Shown piece after piece: positions 37,925-48,505 of a DNA stretch of 64,000 nucleotides. Origin of the DNA: an uncultured bacterium (lineage in GTDB: Bacteria > Cyanobacteriota > Vampirovibrionia > Gastranaerophilales > Gastranaerophilaceae); NCBI GenBank assembly GCA_900553895.1, contig USFB01000001.1:49735-113734 (forward strand). The letters run 5' to 3'. The position numbers and the translations under genes were made by a program. The notes under the pieces are model-generated. The model had not been told where the DNA came from and ran no database searches. It saw only the letters and a program-made list of their open reading frames with translations. Position 1 is the first letter of the stretch, and each line of letters begins with the position of its first letter.

Positions 37925-39373
37925 TTATTTCTTCTTACCCTTCGTCTTCACTTTCGTATTCTTATTCAATTCAACTTCACCATTTGCAATATTTTTTCCA
38001 ATAACTTTTTCTAAAGTTGCGCGAGCGGTATTATATTCATACATTGTTTGATAATACGTCAATTGTGCATTTTGATACTGAACTTGTGCCTCTTTAAGTT
38101 CAACAGGATTACCAACACCAACTTTATATCTGCCATAAGAAAGTTCATAGTTTTCTTTTGCCTGTTTCATTCCCAAAAACGCAACAGGAATTTTATTTTT
38201 CTTTTCTTTCAAAGAAAAATACGATTCTTGAACTTCATAGTAAATATTGTTTTTTGTATTAATTGCATTTGCTTGTTCTTTTGAGTGTAAAGCTTTTGCT
38301 TCTTTGATTTCATTTTTAATCAACATTCCATTAATAGTCGGAAAATTCAAATATCCACCGAAATTATAACCATAGTTAGAAGCAGGAGTTCTACCACCGA
38401 CTTGGAATTGTCCTTCAACACTCAATTGTGGAAAATACGATTTCTTGACCAATTTAACGTTTTGACGAGCTTCTTCTACCTTAACTTCCGCCAATTGAAA
38501 TTCTGGACGTGATTCTTGTGCAATCTTTATTGCAGATTCCAAAGTTACATCACAAGGTTCGTATCTTAAACACTCATTAATTTTATATTTGTTAAAATAC
38601 GGTAAACCCATCGCATTATTTAATTTTGCCATAGCAATATCAACAGCATTTTCAGCCTGAATTAATGTCAATTTAGCGTTTGATAAATTAACTTCCGCTA
38701 TCGTTACATCAACCTTTGGTTTTGTACCGACAGTATAAAACGCTTTTGCTTGATCATAAAATGCAGAATATTTAGCAACCATATCTTCTGCAACTTTCTT
38801 GGCTTCAATCGCATATTGAAGGCTGTAATAAGACTTTTTAACTTCACAAATCACATCATTTACGGTGCCTGTCAAAGTGATTTTATAGCCTTGATTATCT
38901 AACTTTCTTATTGTAACTTGGTTTTGAGTCACACCAAAGTCATAAAGCATTTGAGAAGCACTGATTTGCCCCAATACAAAGTAGTTGAACACCAAATTTT
39001 GTCTGAATACGTCTGACAATTGAAGTTGTCTTATTCTGGTGTAACCTGTTTGCCAACCAAATTGAGGAAAATAAGACGCCCATGCCTGCCTTATTCTATA
39101 ATCAGACGCGAATACATCCTGCATAGCCGCTTGTATTCGAGGATTGTTACCCAAAGCAAATTTTAAACATTCTTCCAGTGAAATATCAATTGAGTTTTCT
39201 ACTCCACCTTTAATCACGGCAACGTCATCAGCTTTTGGCTCAACATCTTTACTGTCAGGATATTCCTCTTGTTTAATTTTATTACCCAAATCATCTTTGT
39301 GCCAAAAAGCAGCATAAGAAGGTACTTGAGCTAAAAATTGAACAATTAAAAATGTAGCAATTAATTTTTTCAT
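37925..39373 (-). CDS. TolC-like outer membrane efflux protein
   Basis: 482 aa with a signal peptide and OEP repeats. Overlaps the acrB-like start. Confidence 0.8.
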   Translation of the reverse strand: MKKLIATFLIVQFLAQVPSYAAFWHKDDLGNKIKQEEYPDSKDVEPKADDVAVIKGGVENSIDISLEECLKFALGNNPRIQAAMQDVFASDYRIRQAWASYFPQFGWQTGYTRIRQLQLSDVFRQNLVFNYFVLGQISASQMLYDFGVTQNQVTIRKLDNQGYKITLTGTVNDVICEVKKSYYSLQYAIEAKKVAEDMVAKYSAFYDQAKAFYTVGTKPKVDVTIAEVNLSNAKLTLIQAENAVDIAMAKLNNAMGLPYFNKYKINECLRYEPCDVTLESAIKIAQESRPEFQLAEVKVEEARQNVKLVKKSYFPQLSVEGQFQVGGRTPASNYGYNFGGYLNFPTINGMLIKNEIKEAKALHSKEQANAINTKNNIYYEVQESYFSLKEKKNKIPVAFLGMKQAKENYELSYGRYKVGVGNPVELKEAQVQYQNAQLTYYQTMYEYNTARATLEKVIGKNIANGEVELNKNTKVKTKGKKK

Positions 39374-42300
39374 TTTGCTCTACCTTCCTTTTTAGCTTTT
39401 AAATAAGCAGCTGATTTTTCTTTCATTCTATTTATCATAACAAAAAATGCCGGAACTAATATACTACCCAAGAAGGCAACAGCCATCATACCACCGAATA
39501 CAGAAACCCCGATTGAGTGACGGCTGCCTGCACCTGCGCCTTTTGCAAACACAAGAGGTAATAAACCTAAGATGAACGCAATATTTGTCATCATAACCGC
39601 TCTGAAACGAAGTTTTGCAGCTTGCATCGCAGCTTCAATATAATTTAATCCATCCTTCTCCATCGCATCTTTTGCAAACTCTACAATCAAGATTGCTTGT
39701 TTTGTACTCAAACCGATTAACATAACCAAACCAACCTGAGCGTAGATATCAAGCGATAGACCTGATATATATTGGAAGAACAATGCGCCTAAAAGAGCAA
39801 CCGGCGAAATTAAAAGTACGGCAATCGGTAATGTCCAGCTTTCGTATAATGCTACAAGGAACAAATAAACGAAAGTTAAAGCCATTGCCAAAATTGGTCC
39901 GATTTGACCTGCGGATTTTTGTTCTTGTAAAGAAGTACCTGACCAAGCATAGTCCATATCTTTAGGTAAAACTTTATCAGAAATTTCTGACATAGCTTTC
40001 ATAGCGTCACCTGAACTTACACCGCTTGCAGGGTTCCCGTTAATAGTTATAGCAGGATACATGTTAAAACGAGAGAGCATATAAGGTCCAACGATGTTTT
40101 CTGTTGTTATTACAGAAGATATCGGAAGCATTTTACCCGAATTGTTTTTAACATAAATCTTGCTTATATCACCCAATGTAGCACGATATGGCGCATCAGC
40201 CTGCATGTATACACGATAAACTCTACCAAACTTGTTAAAGTCGTTTACATAAGTTGCACCGAATTGAGCCGCTAAAGTGCTATATATTTCAGTTATTGAA
40301 ACTCCTTGAGCTAAAGCTTTTTCTTCATTAATTTTTACTACAACTTGCGGTAGCGAAGAAGTAAATGACGTATATAAGCTGGAGAAAGCAGAATCCTGTC
40401 TTGCAACTTGTAATAAATTTTGAACCTGTGCAAATAATTCGTCTGCGGTTCTATCACCCTTATCTAAAAGTTGATATTCAAAACCGCCATACATACCCAT
40501 GCCGGAAATTGCAGGTGGTTGTGATACAAACGAAGTTGCTTCCGGATATTTACCAATAATTTTATTTGCTTGTGAAGTTATACTGCTTACGGATAACTTT
40601 GAAGATTTTCTCTTAGACCATGGTTCTAATTTCAAAATCATAAATGCCGAATTTTCGCCCTTCATACCGTTAATTTGCATTATTGAAGCAATCCCCGGTA
40701 TATTTGCAAACTCTTTGCTCATTTTATCAACAACGTTAGCTGTTCTTGTCAAAGTTGCACCGTCTTGTAATTGAACCATTACAAACAAAGCGCCTCTGTC
40801 TTCATCCGGCAAAAATCCTGTTGGAGTCAATTTAAACATGATAAATATTGCAAAAATAACACTAATAAGAACTCTTAAAGTCTTTTTCGGTGAAGCAACA
40901 AAATAATGTACAGTTTCTAAATATTTAGTTCTAACCCCGTTAAACCAATCCTCAAATTTTTGAATAAATTCAAAGTCTGTTTTTTCTTCACCTGATTTCA
41001 GAATCAGTGAACAAAGAGCAGGAGAAAGAGTTAAAGCAACGACGGTCGATAAACCGATTGAAGTTGCAATACAAACTGCAAACTGTCTGTACATCTGTCC
41101 TGTAATACCACTCATAAAGGATACGGGAACAAATACCGCCATTAATACAAGAGAAGTTGCAACAACAGCGCCGAAAACTTCTTGCATAGTTATTTCAGTA
41201 GCATCTTTCGGCGATTTACCTTCTTGAATGTGTCTTTGGGTGTTTTCCAATACTACAATAGCATCATCAACAACCAAACCTACCGCAAGTACCAAGCCAA
41301 ATAAGATTAACAAGTTAATTGAGAATCCCATTAATGCCATAAATATAAACACACCAATCAATGAAACAGGAATTGCACAGAATGGAATGAATGCTGCGCG
41401 CGCAGTTCCCAAGAATAAATACGTTACTGCACTTACAAGAGCAATCGCAAGTATAATTGCACTAACTACCTCGTGAATAGATTCTCTTACGAATTCTGTT
41501 GTATCATATTGAGTTGCATAATCCATGTCACTTGGGAATTTCTTACTCAAAGTTTTCATTTTTTTCTGAATTTGATTTACCAAGTCAATTGTATTAGCTT
41601 CCGGCAACTGCGAAATAGCAATAACAGCAATATCACTACCATCAGCAGATACGGCTGATGCATAGTTTTCAGCACCTAATTCTACACGCGCAACATCTTT
41701 AAGTTTTACGTTTGAACCATCTCGATTTGATTTAACGACAATGTTTTCAAACTCTTCAACATCCTTCAATCTTCCTTTTGTCCTTAATGTAAATTTCATC
41801 ATTTGAGGACTTTCCATAGGTTCAACACCAATATTTCCCGCAGGAGATTGTGTGTTTTGAGATGTTATCGCACTATTAATTTCGCTTGCAGAAACACCTA
41901 AACTAGCCATTTTATCGGGTTTCAGCCAAACTCGCATTGAATAATCGCCTGCACCGAAAACTTGAACCTGACCACAGCCTTTAGTACGAGCTAGCTCATC
42001 TTTTAAATATAAAGTCGCGTAATTGGCTAAAAATAATGAATTATACGTACCGTTTGGAGAAGAAAGGGCTAAGTATAAACATCCTGCACCACCCGTAGAT
42101 TTTTTAACAGTCAAACCATACCGCTTAACTTCTTCCGGCAATCTCGGCTGAACCAATTGTAATTGGTTCTGAACGTTAACCAGAGCCATGTCAGGGTCTG
42201 CACCGACATCAAAATACAAAGTCAATTGGTAAGAACCATTCTTTGATTCTGATGACATATAAAGCATGTCTTGAATACCGTTCAGTTGTAATTCTACCGG

Positions 42301-42492
42301 TGCTGCAATCGTTGATGCGATTACATCAGAACTGGCACCGCTGTATGTAGCGTTTACAATAACCTGCGGTGGCGTAATTGAAGGATACTCCTCCAATGGT
42401 AGAGTTGTTAGAGATATCAAACCCGCTAAAATAATCGCTAATGAGATTACAATAGACAGTTTTGGTCGTTTTATAAATAAATTACCTGCCAT
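39370..42492 (-). CDS. RND multidrug efflux transporter (AcrB/HAE1 family)
   Basis: 1040 aa with 12 TM helices and two large periplasmic loops. Confidence 0.9.
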   Translation of the reverse strand: MAGNLFIKRPKLSIVISLAIILAGLISLTTLPLEEYPSITPPQVIVNATYSGASSDVIASTIAAPVELQLNGIQDMLYMSSESKNGSYQLTLYFDVGADPDMALVNVQNQLQLVQPRLPEEVKRYGLTVKKSTGGAGCLYLALSSPNGTYNSLFLANYATLYLKDELARTKGCGQVQVFGAGDYSMRVWLKPDKMASLGVSASEINSAITSQNTQSPAGNIGVEPMESPQMMKFTLRTKGRLKDVEEFENIVVKSNRDGSNVKLKDVARVELGAENYASAVSADGSDIAVIAISQLPEANTIDLVNQIQKKMKTLSKKFPSDMDYATQYDTTEFVRESIHEVVSAIILAIALVSAVTYLFLGTARAAFIPFCAIPVSLIGVFIFMALMGFSINLLILFGLVLAVGLVVDDAIVVLENTQRHIQEGKSPKDATEITMQEVFGAVVATSLVLMAVFVPVSFMSGITGQMYRQFAVCIATSIGLSTVVALTLSPALCSLILKSGEEKTDFEFIQKFEDWFNGVRTKYLETVHYFVASPKKTLRVLISVIFAIFIMFKLTPTGFLPDEDRGALFVMVQLQDGATLTRTANVVDKMSKEFANIPGIASIMQINGMKGENSAFMILKLEPWSKRKSSKLSVSSITSQANKIIGKYPEATSFVSQPPAISGMGMYGGFEYQLLDKGDRTADELFAQVQNLLQVARQDSAFSSLYTSFTSSLPQVVVKINEEKALAQGVSITEIYSTLAAQFGATYVNDFNKFGRVYRVYMQADAPYRATLGDISKIYVKNNSGKMLPISSVITTENIVGPYMLSRFNMYPAITINGNPASGVSSGDAMKAMSEISDKVLPKDMDYAWSGTSLQEQKSAGQIGPILAMALTFVYLFLVALYESWTLPIAVLLISPVALLGALFFQYISGLSLDIYAQVGLVMLIGLSTKQAILIVEFAKDAMEKDGLNYIEAAMQAAKLRFRAVMMTNIAFILGLLPLVFAKGAGAGSRHSIGVSVFGGMMAVAFLGSILVPAFFVMINRMKEKSAAYLKAKKEGRAK

Positions 42493-43694
42493 TATTTTCC
42501 TTTAATCAATCTTTTTACTTTATTTGTTGCACGTTGAAATAAGCTTACTTTCTTTTGAGTCGCTTGTTCTTCAATCCTTTCCACAATTCTTACGGGACGT
42601 CCTTGTATAACTTTTTGAATACCTCCCGTAATAATTCTGTCACCTACATTAACACCTGAAGAAACAAGCCATTTGCCGTTATCTTCACCCATTGTTTTAA
42701 TATAAGTCATTTTTGGTAAATTATCCTTATCAAGAATGTACAAATAGCGTCCTTCTTGGTTTTCCATAGTTGCCTCTTGAGGAACAACAGCTACTTTATC
42801 TTTGTTTTTAGTATAAAGAATTACGCGCCCAAAATCACCTTGAATTAAAGAATCGTCAGGATTTGGGAAAGTTGCTCTCATTGTAATTGTACCGGTTGAA
42901 TCATCAATTTTGTTATCATGAAAATCTTGAACACCTTTAAATTTGTACTTTTCACCTGAACTAAAAATAAATTCAACATCTCTATTTACGTTTGCTGTTT
43001 TATCAATTCTAACAAGCTCTGCATAATCTTTTGATTCCAATGGGAAGGTTATATACATCGGATCAGAACTGTTAATGGTTGTTAAAGCCCCGCTATTCAT
43101 TGAAACATAGTTACCAACAGTTACGGAAATAATTCCGACACGTCCGTTCACAGGAGATTTAACTTTTGTGTAACCTAAATTTCTTTGAGTATCACGGTAA
43201 GCACTTTGAGCATTCGCAACCTGCGCTCTATAAGCATCTCTCTGAGATAAAATGCTATCATAATCAGAACGAGCTATATAATCATTTTGTACAAGTTCTT
43301 TATAACGTTTTAACTGCTTGTCATAATAAGCATATTGAGACTGCGCATTATCTAAATTCGCCTTAGCTTGATTTGCTGCATATTGATATTGTTGAGGTTC
43401 AATCTCAAATAACAATTGACCTGCTTTTACATAATCGCCTTCTTTAAAGTAACTTTTAGTTAAATATCCGCTAATACGCGCTAAAACATCAACTCTATAT
43501 TTTGCAACAACTCTTGCAGTAGCAGTAAATTGACGTTGAACTTCTTCTGAGCCGACTGTAGTAACCGTAACTGCCGGTGTGCCCATCATAGCACGTTGTT
43601 TAGCAGTTTTCATTTTATCCATATTAGATAAAAACATTCTGCCTAAAATTAGCGCAAGTACTACTAGTACAATGATTATAATATTTTTTCTCAT
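42492..43694 (-). CDS. RND efflux membrane fusion protein (AcrA-like)
   Basis: HlyD-like fold. Likely start MRKNIIII with RBS ggagag. The track ORF extends to 43811. Confidence 0.8.
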   Translation of the reverse strand: MRKNIIIIVLVVLALILGRMFLSNMDKMKTAKQRAMMGTPAVTVTTVGSEEVQRQFTATARVVAKYRVDVLARISGYLTKSYFKEGDYVKAGQLLFEIEPQQYQYAANQAKANLDNAQSQYAYYDKQLKRYKELVQNDYIARSDYDSILSQRDAYRAQVANAQSAYRDTQRNLGYTKVKSPVNGRVGIISVTVGNYVSMNSGALTTINSSDPMYITFPLESKDYAELVRIDKTANVNRDVEFIFSSGEKYKFKGVQDFHDNKIDDSTGTITMRATFPNPDDSLIQGDFGRVILYTKNKDKVAVVPQEATMENQEGRYLYILDKDNLPKMTYIKTMGEDNGKWLVSSGVNVGDRIITGGIQKVIQGRPVRIVERIEEQATQKKVSLFQRATNKVKRLIKGK

Positions 43695-43890
43695 TCTCTC
43701 TCCATAAATACTGGTTTTACATATCCTTGTATTTATTTTACACCAAAAAATAAATACAAAGATATGTTTAATTTTAAACACGATTTTAACAAAAAGTTGT
43801 TTTTGAATCAAGACACCAGTTGGAGAAAATTATAATAAAAAAGCACTCAATTATTACATTGAGTGCTTTTTATTACTTATTATTAACATT

Positions 43891-44202
43891 TTATTTTTTC
43901 AATGATTTCCAATAATTAGCTTCTGATTGGATAGCATTTTTAGTAGCTTCGTGTCTTGCTTTAGCCTCTTTTTGTTGTTGTTCTATTTTAGCTTTACGAG
44001 CTTCTTGTTGTTTTTTGTATTCTGCTTGTTTTTGAGCATTTGCTTTTTGTTGTGCTTCTGCTCTTGCATTCAATTCTTTTTCTTTAGTTGTAATAGGTGC
44101 TAACTTTTTGTCTACATAATTTTGTAATCTTGATTCAGCTGCTGATACTGCCAAAGTTGAAGTCAAGGCGATTAACATTAAAACTGATAGTAATTTTTTC
44201 AT
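43891..44202 (-). CDS. Small secreted K/Q/A-rich protein (103 aa)
   Basis: Signal peptide followed by a low-complexity helical region. Confidence 0.4.
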   Translation of the reverse strand: MKKLLSVLMLIALTSTLAVSAAESRLQNYVDKKLAPITTKEKELNARAEAQQKANAQKQAEYKKQQEARKAKIEQQQKEAKARHEATKNAIQSEANYWKSLKK

Positions 44203-44273
44203 TTTAAAACTCCTTTCTTATGCATATGAGAATTTTAAAATACTTTTTTTTATTTTTCAAGTATAATATTAAT

Positions 44274-44993
44274 ATGAGTGTAGAGTTACTAGGTTATAAT
44301 GTCGACGATTATTCGTTCGATGAAGCTATTATTAGAGCAAAAAGCTTAATAGACGGTGATAAAATTTCACAAGTCGTTACAATTAATCCTGAAATGTTTC
44401 AGGAAGCAGAAAAGAATGCAAATTTTTCTAACATAATCAAGGAAGCAGAAATGGTTATTCCCGATGGTGTTGGCGTAAAAATTGCACTTCAAATCACAGG
44501 CAAAAAAGCGAACCGAATTCCCGGAATTGATTTTGCCAAAAAACTTCTTCAAGAATCGGCTATAAGTGGGATTCCTGTTGCTATAATCGGTTCTAAAGAA
44601 GAAGTTGTTGTAAAAGCTGTAGAAAATTTACAAAAAGAAATTAACGGGTTAAATATAGTTTATTTTCACAACGGTTATTTTAAAGATGATGCGCCTATTT
44701 ATGATGAGCTTAAAACAAAGTCACCAAAATTAATCTTGGTTGCTCTTGGTTCTCCTCGACAAGAAGAATTTATTTATAACGCGAAAAATGTTTTAAATCC
44801 TGCATTAATGGTAGGAATTGGCGGAAGTCTTGATGTTTGGTCAGGCTCTGTTAAGCGTGCGCCAAAAATATTCCAAAAATTAGGTTTAGAATGGTTATAC
44901 AGAACAATTTCTCAACCTTCAAGATTTAAAAGAATTTTCCCAACGTTACCGTTGTTTTTGTTAAAAGTTATTAATTATAAGGATAGAATTTAG
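44274..44993 (+). CDS. WecB/TagA/CpsF-family glycosyltransferase
   Basis: Sequence pattern of family GT26. The start was chosen at MSVELLGY. Confidence 0.7.
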   Translation: MSVELLGYNVDDYSFDEAIIRAKSLIDGDKISQVVTINPEMFQEAEKNANFSNIIKEAEMVIPDGVGVKIALQITGKKANRIPGIDFAKKLLQESAISGIPVAIIGSKEEVVVKAVENLQKEINGLNIVYFHNGYFKDDAPIYDELKTKSPKLILVALGSPRQEEFIYNAKNVLNPALMVGIGGSLDVWSGSVKRAPKIFQKLGLEWLYRTISQPSRFKRIFPTLPLFLLKVINYKDRI

Positions 44994-45830
44994 ATGCTTA
45001 CAGAATTAGAGATTAACGAATTAAAGAAATTCGCTTGCGAAACAAGAAAAAATATTGTTAAGATGGTGCATAATGCAAAATCGGGTCATCCTGGTGGTTC
45101 GCTTTCTGCTGCTGACATTATGGCTGTTTTGTACAACAAATCTCTAAATATTCCTAAAGAATGGGATAAATCTGCTGATTTCGAAAATCGTGATAGATTT
45201 ATTTTATCAAAAGGGCATGCATCACCTCTTTTATATTCCGTTTTGGCGCAACACGGAATGTTCCCTCAAGAAGATTTGATGGGATTTAGAAAGTTTGGAA
45301 CTAAGCTTCAAGGTCACCCTGCAAAAGGTTATGTTCCGGGAGTTGAAACTTCTACCGGCTCTTTAGGTCAAGGACTTTCAATCGGATGTGGTATGGCATT
45401 AGGGTTAAAGCTTAAAAATAACCCTGCGCATGTTGTTGTATATACAGGCGATGGCGAATTACAGGAAGGTTCTTGCTGGGAAGCTTTTATGCAAGCTGCA
45501 CACAGAGATTTGGATAATCTTATTGTAATTATAGATAGAAACAGACTTCAAATTGACGGATGCACAGAAAATGTTATGGCTTTAGATAACTTACATGACA
45601 AATTAAAAGCGTTTAATTGGAATGTTTTGGAAATTGACGGGCATGATTTTGAAGAAATTTATGAAGGTGTAGAAAAAGCAAAACAATCAGATAGACCTTG
45701 CGCCATTATTGCTCACACAACAAAAGGCAAAGGTTGTTCTTTTATGGAAAACCAAGCAGGCTGGCATGGAAAAGCTCCAAGCGATGAACAATTAGAAGAA
45801 GCTATTAAAGAATTTGAAGGAGCATTATAA
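44994..45830 (+). CDS. Transketolase, N-terminal (TPP-binding) subunit
   Basis: 278 aa with GHPGGSLS and TGDGELQEG motifs, as in split transketolase. Confidence 0.85.
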   Translation: MLTELEINELKKFACETRKNIVKMVHNAKSGHPGGSLSAADIMAVLYNKSLNIPKEWDKSADFENRDRFILSKGHASPLLYSVLAQHGMFPQEDLMGFRKFGTKLQGHPAKGYVPGVETSTGSLGQGLSIGCGMALGLKLKNNPAHVVVYTGDGELQEGSCWEAFMQAAHRDLDNLIVIIDRNRLQIDGCTENVMALDNLHDKLKAFNWNVLEIDGHDFEEIYEGVEKAKQSDRPCAIIAHTTKGKGCSFMENQAGWHGKAPSDEQLEEAIKEFEGAL

Positions 45831-46048
45831 TGAACGATAATTCTATTAAAACATGTCCGTTTGCAGAAAATAAAGTTTGTAATGAAACTTGTCCTTTGTA
45901 TATTTCGCCTGAAGAATTGAACGAATTTGTAGTAGCAAGACTTTCTTCTATCGGAGTATTAGATAGAGCAGAAGGTGAATGTTCACTGAAAATGCTTGCA
46001 TTAAGCCAAGGTAGAGCTATTTTTGAAAATACAAATACTCGTGGGTAA
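45830..46048 (+). CDS. Small Cys-rich protein (72 aa) translationally coupled to the transketolase N-subunit
   Basis: TAATG overlap with the upstream gene. CX9CX3CP Cys pattern. It occupies the position where the transketolase C-subunit is expected. Confidence 0.35.
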   Translation: MNDNSIKTCPFAENKVCNETCPLYISPEELNEFVVARLSSIGVLDRAEGECSLKMLALSQGRAIFENTNTRG

Positions 46049-46060
46049 TAACGTTTTTAT

Positions 46061-46786
46061 CTAGCAATATAATAATTTGTACAAAATAACTCCGGCTGAA
46101 ATACTCAAATTAAGCGATTCGACCTTATCGGTCATTTCTATTGTTACATTTTTTGTTGCATAATCTTTTAGCTTTTGGCTCAAGCCTGATGATTCCGTAC
46201 CGAACATTATAAGAACTTTTTCTTGTGGCGTATAATCTTTTAGCCAAACGGTATTATCGGATTTAGGAAGTGTTGCAACTCTTTCATAATCTTCAAAAAC
46301 GCTCAAATCATCCATTTCAAAAACAGGAATTTTCCAAAGATTTCCAACGGATGAGCGCACACATTTTGGATTATACAAATCTACAGTATCACCATATAAT
46401 ACGACCGCATCAACATCAAAAGCACAAGCTGTTCTGAGGATTGTACCTAAGTTTCCCGCATCTTTGATATCTTCCAACAGAACTACTTTTTTATAGTTAT
46501 CTTGCCATTTTCGATTGATTTTTTTTGCAACAGCGACAGCTTTTGGCGCAGATTCTGTTGAAGAGATTTTAGAAAGTACGGCTTCTGTTGTTTCTATTCG
46601 TTCATTAAAATCTGTAAACTCGCTTGAGCCTTCCAAAACAAATAAGTGTTCTATTTCTAAACCTGATTCAATAGCTTCTTCAATACATTTAATACCTTCC
46701 AACAGAAAATGCTTTTTGCGGTATTTTCTCTGCAAAAGTTTTGCGGTTTCTTTCACTAATTCATTATTCACACTTGTTATTTTCAT
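46061..46786 (-). CDS. TrmH/SpoU-family RNA 2'-O-methyltransferase
   Basis: 241 aa with SPOUT motifs (LGTILRTA, GTESSGLS). Confidence 0.7.
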   Translation of the reverse strand: MKITSVNNELVKETAKLLQRKYRKKHFLLEGIKCIEEAIESGLEIEHLFVLEGSSEFTDFNERIETTEAVLSKISSTESAPKAVAVAKKINRKWQDNYKKVVLLEDIKDAGNLGTILRTACAFDVDAVVLYGDTVDLYNPKCVRSSVGNLWKIPVFEMDDLSVFEDYERVATLPKSDNTVWLKDYTPQEKVLIMFGTESSGLSQKLKDYATKNVTIEMTDKVESLNLSISAGVILYKLLYC

Positions 46787-48414
46787 AAGATTTTAAAATC
46801 CTTCAACCATTCTTTTTCTTGTTCATTCAGTAAATCATAGTTAATCAATTTACCTTCATAACCCATTTTAACAAAAGAATGAATTTTTCCACACTCCATG
46901 TAACAAGAATTTTCTAATCTTACGCCAAAATGTTCAGGATTATACAGCCCAGGTTCAATTGTGAATGTCATACCATCAACAATTTGCGTTTTAGCAATCT
47001 CGTTTTGAGAAAGGTTTGGTGGAGCTTCGTGCACATTGATTCCAATACCATGCCCTAGTCCATGACCAAATGTAAACCCTTCGATTTTATTATCTAAAAT
47101 AGAATGTGCCAACGTATCTATTTCAAAACCGCAAGGAGCATTGTCCCCTCGCCCCTTGTGGGAGAGCGGATTTTCGGTAGGGCGTAAGCCCGTAAGGTGG
47201 AGGTCGGACGTTACTCCGCCGACACCCCGAATAATCCAAGACGGGGAGCAGTCGTTAGCGAAGCTATGCTGAGCTTTACGGATGCGGGTGAGGGAATTAT
47301 CAAGATAATTAAACGAATTCAAAAACGCCTTCAATACCGTTGTATAAACCCTTTTCTGCAATTCATTCGGTTTACCTTTTACAAAAACTCTTGTAATATC
47401 GGTCGCCAAGCCACTGTCATAATACGCACCGCAATCAATTAAAACAAGCGAACCATCTTTTAAAATAACATCTTTGGCATTTTTTGCATAATGCGCCAAT
47501 GCCGAATTTTGATTAATTGCAACAATAGAATTAAAACTCAAAGATTTTGCACCGAATTTTATAAATTCTTCTCGCAAACGCTTTGCTATATCGTATTCTG
47601 AAAGATTATCATTATTTTCTATAAATTCTCTTATCGCAGAAACAGCCTTGTCAGTGCGCTCAAAAGCCTGCTTATAAGCTTCTAATTCTTCCTTTGATTT
47701 AACTGATTTCATGCTCTTTATTTCTGAAAATTTGTGAATAGGATTTTTGATTAAAGAATAATCATGCGCATTAATCGAATTTTTATCAACATTCAACTCA
47801 GCATCGAAGTTTTTTAAAAACTCATCAGTGTTATCTGTCAATAAAATTTGTTTTTCTTTGTCAGCATATAGTTTAGCCCAAATTTTTGATGAACAATCTT
47901 TTGAAAAATCACGTTTCCCGCTTATATAAGAAACTTCTTCCAAGTTTGTTACAAAAGTCGGATTCTCTGGATGGTATTCTTTTGCAGGCATTGCCTGAAC
48001 AAATTCTACGTTATGTGATTCTGTAAAATCATTAATCGGATCTTTATCTAATAATTTGATTTTATAATCTTTAAACGTCTCTAAACGTGTTTGAGAAATT
48101 TTTTTTGCAACAACACCTAATGTTTTATCAGGTCTGATAAGTTTTCTGATTTCATCATCTTGCTTTTGACCAAGTTTAAGTTTTACAACCGTAACACCCT
48201 CTTTTACTTCATTGTCAGCTTGTATATGATATCTGCCATCAACAAACAAATAAATATTATCTTTTGTAATTAAAGCATCACCAGTTGAGCCTGAAAAACC
48301 TGTCAAAGTGTATCGAGCGTTTTCGCTAAGAGCAGGATATTCTACTAAAAACTCATTTGTACAACACACGAGAAGATAATCCAAATTCAAATCGTTTAGG
48401 AGTTTGTTTGACAT
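46783..48414 (-). CDS. pepP: Xaa-Pro aminopeptidase (M24B) carrying an in-frame GC-rich insertion
   Basis: Creatinase_N plus an M24 domain with the DCGAYYDSGLATDITR metal site and HGLGHGIGINVHE. An extra ~65 aa encoded by a GC-rich element lies between the Asp-Asp and His ligands. Confidence 0.8.
   Translation of the reverse strand: MSNKLLNDLNLDYLLVCCTNEFLVEYPALSENARYTLTGFSGSTGDALITKDNIYLFVDGRYHIQADNEVKEGVTVVKLKLGQKQDDEIRKLIRPDKTLGVVAKKISQTRLETFKDYKIKLLDKDPINDFTESHNVEFVQAMPAKEYHPENPTFVTNLEEVSYISGKRDFSKDCSSKIWAKLYADKEKQILLTDNTDEFLKNFDAELNVDKNSINAHDYSLIKNPIHKFSEIKSMKSVKSKEELEAYKQAFERTDKAVSAIREFIENNDNLSEYDIAKRLREEFIKFGAKSLSFNSIVAINQNSALAHYAKNAKDVILKDGSLVLIDCGAYYDSGLATDITRVFVKGKPNELQKRVYTTVLKAFLNSFNYLDNSLTRIRKAQHSFANDCSPSWIIRGVGGVTSDLHLTGLRPTENPLSHKGRGDNAPCGFEIDTLAHSILDNKIEGFTFGHGLGHGIGINVHEAPPNLSQNEIAKTQIVDGMTFTIEPGLYNPEHFGVRLENSCYMECGKIHSFVKMGYEGKLINYDLLNEQEKEWLKDFKIL
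47140..47298 (-). repeat. GC-rich repeat element copy F inserted in-frame in pepP
   Basis: About 160 nt at ~60% GC inside a ~30% GC gene. It shares ccctcac-cgcatccgtaa with 50310-50330, and gccctaccgaaaatc plus attattcgggg with 51340-51465. Its terminal ctcccacaaggggcgagggg resembles copy B, ctcccgcaaggggcgaagg. Confidence 0.55.
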
Positions 48415-48505
48415 GTTCGCCTCTTTTTCTGTTTTTTATTTCCATAATTAATAAGGTAGACTAAAGTCTACCCTACTTTACAAGATTAATAAACCAATTA
48501 AATTC

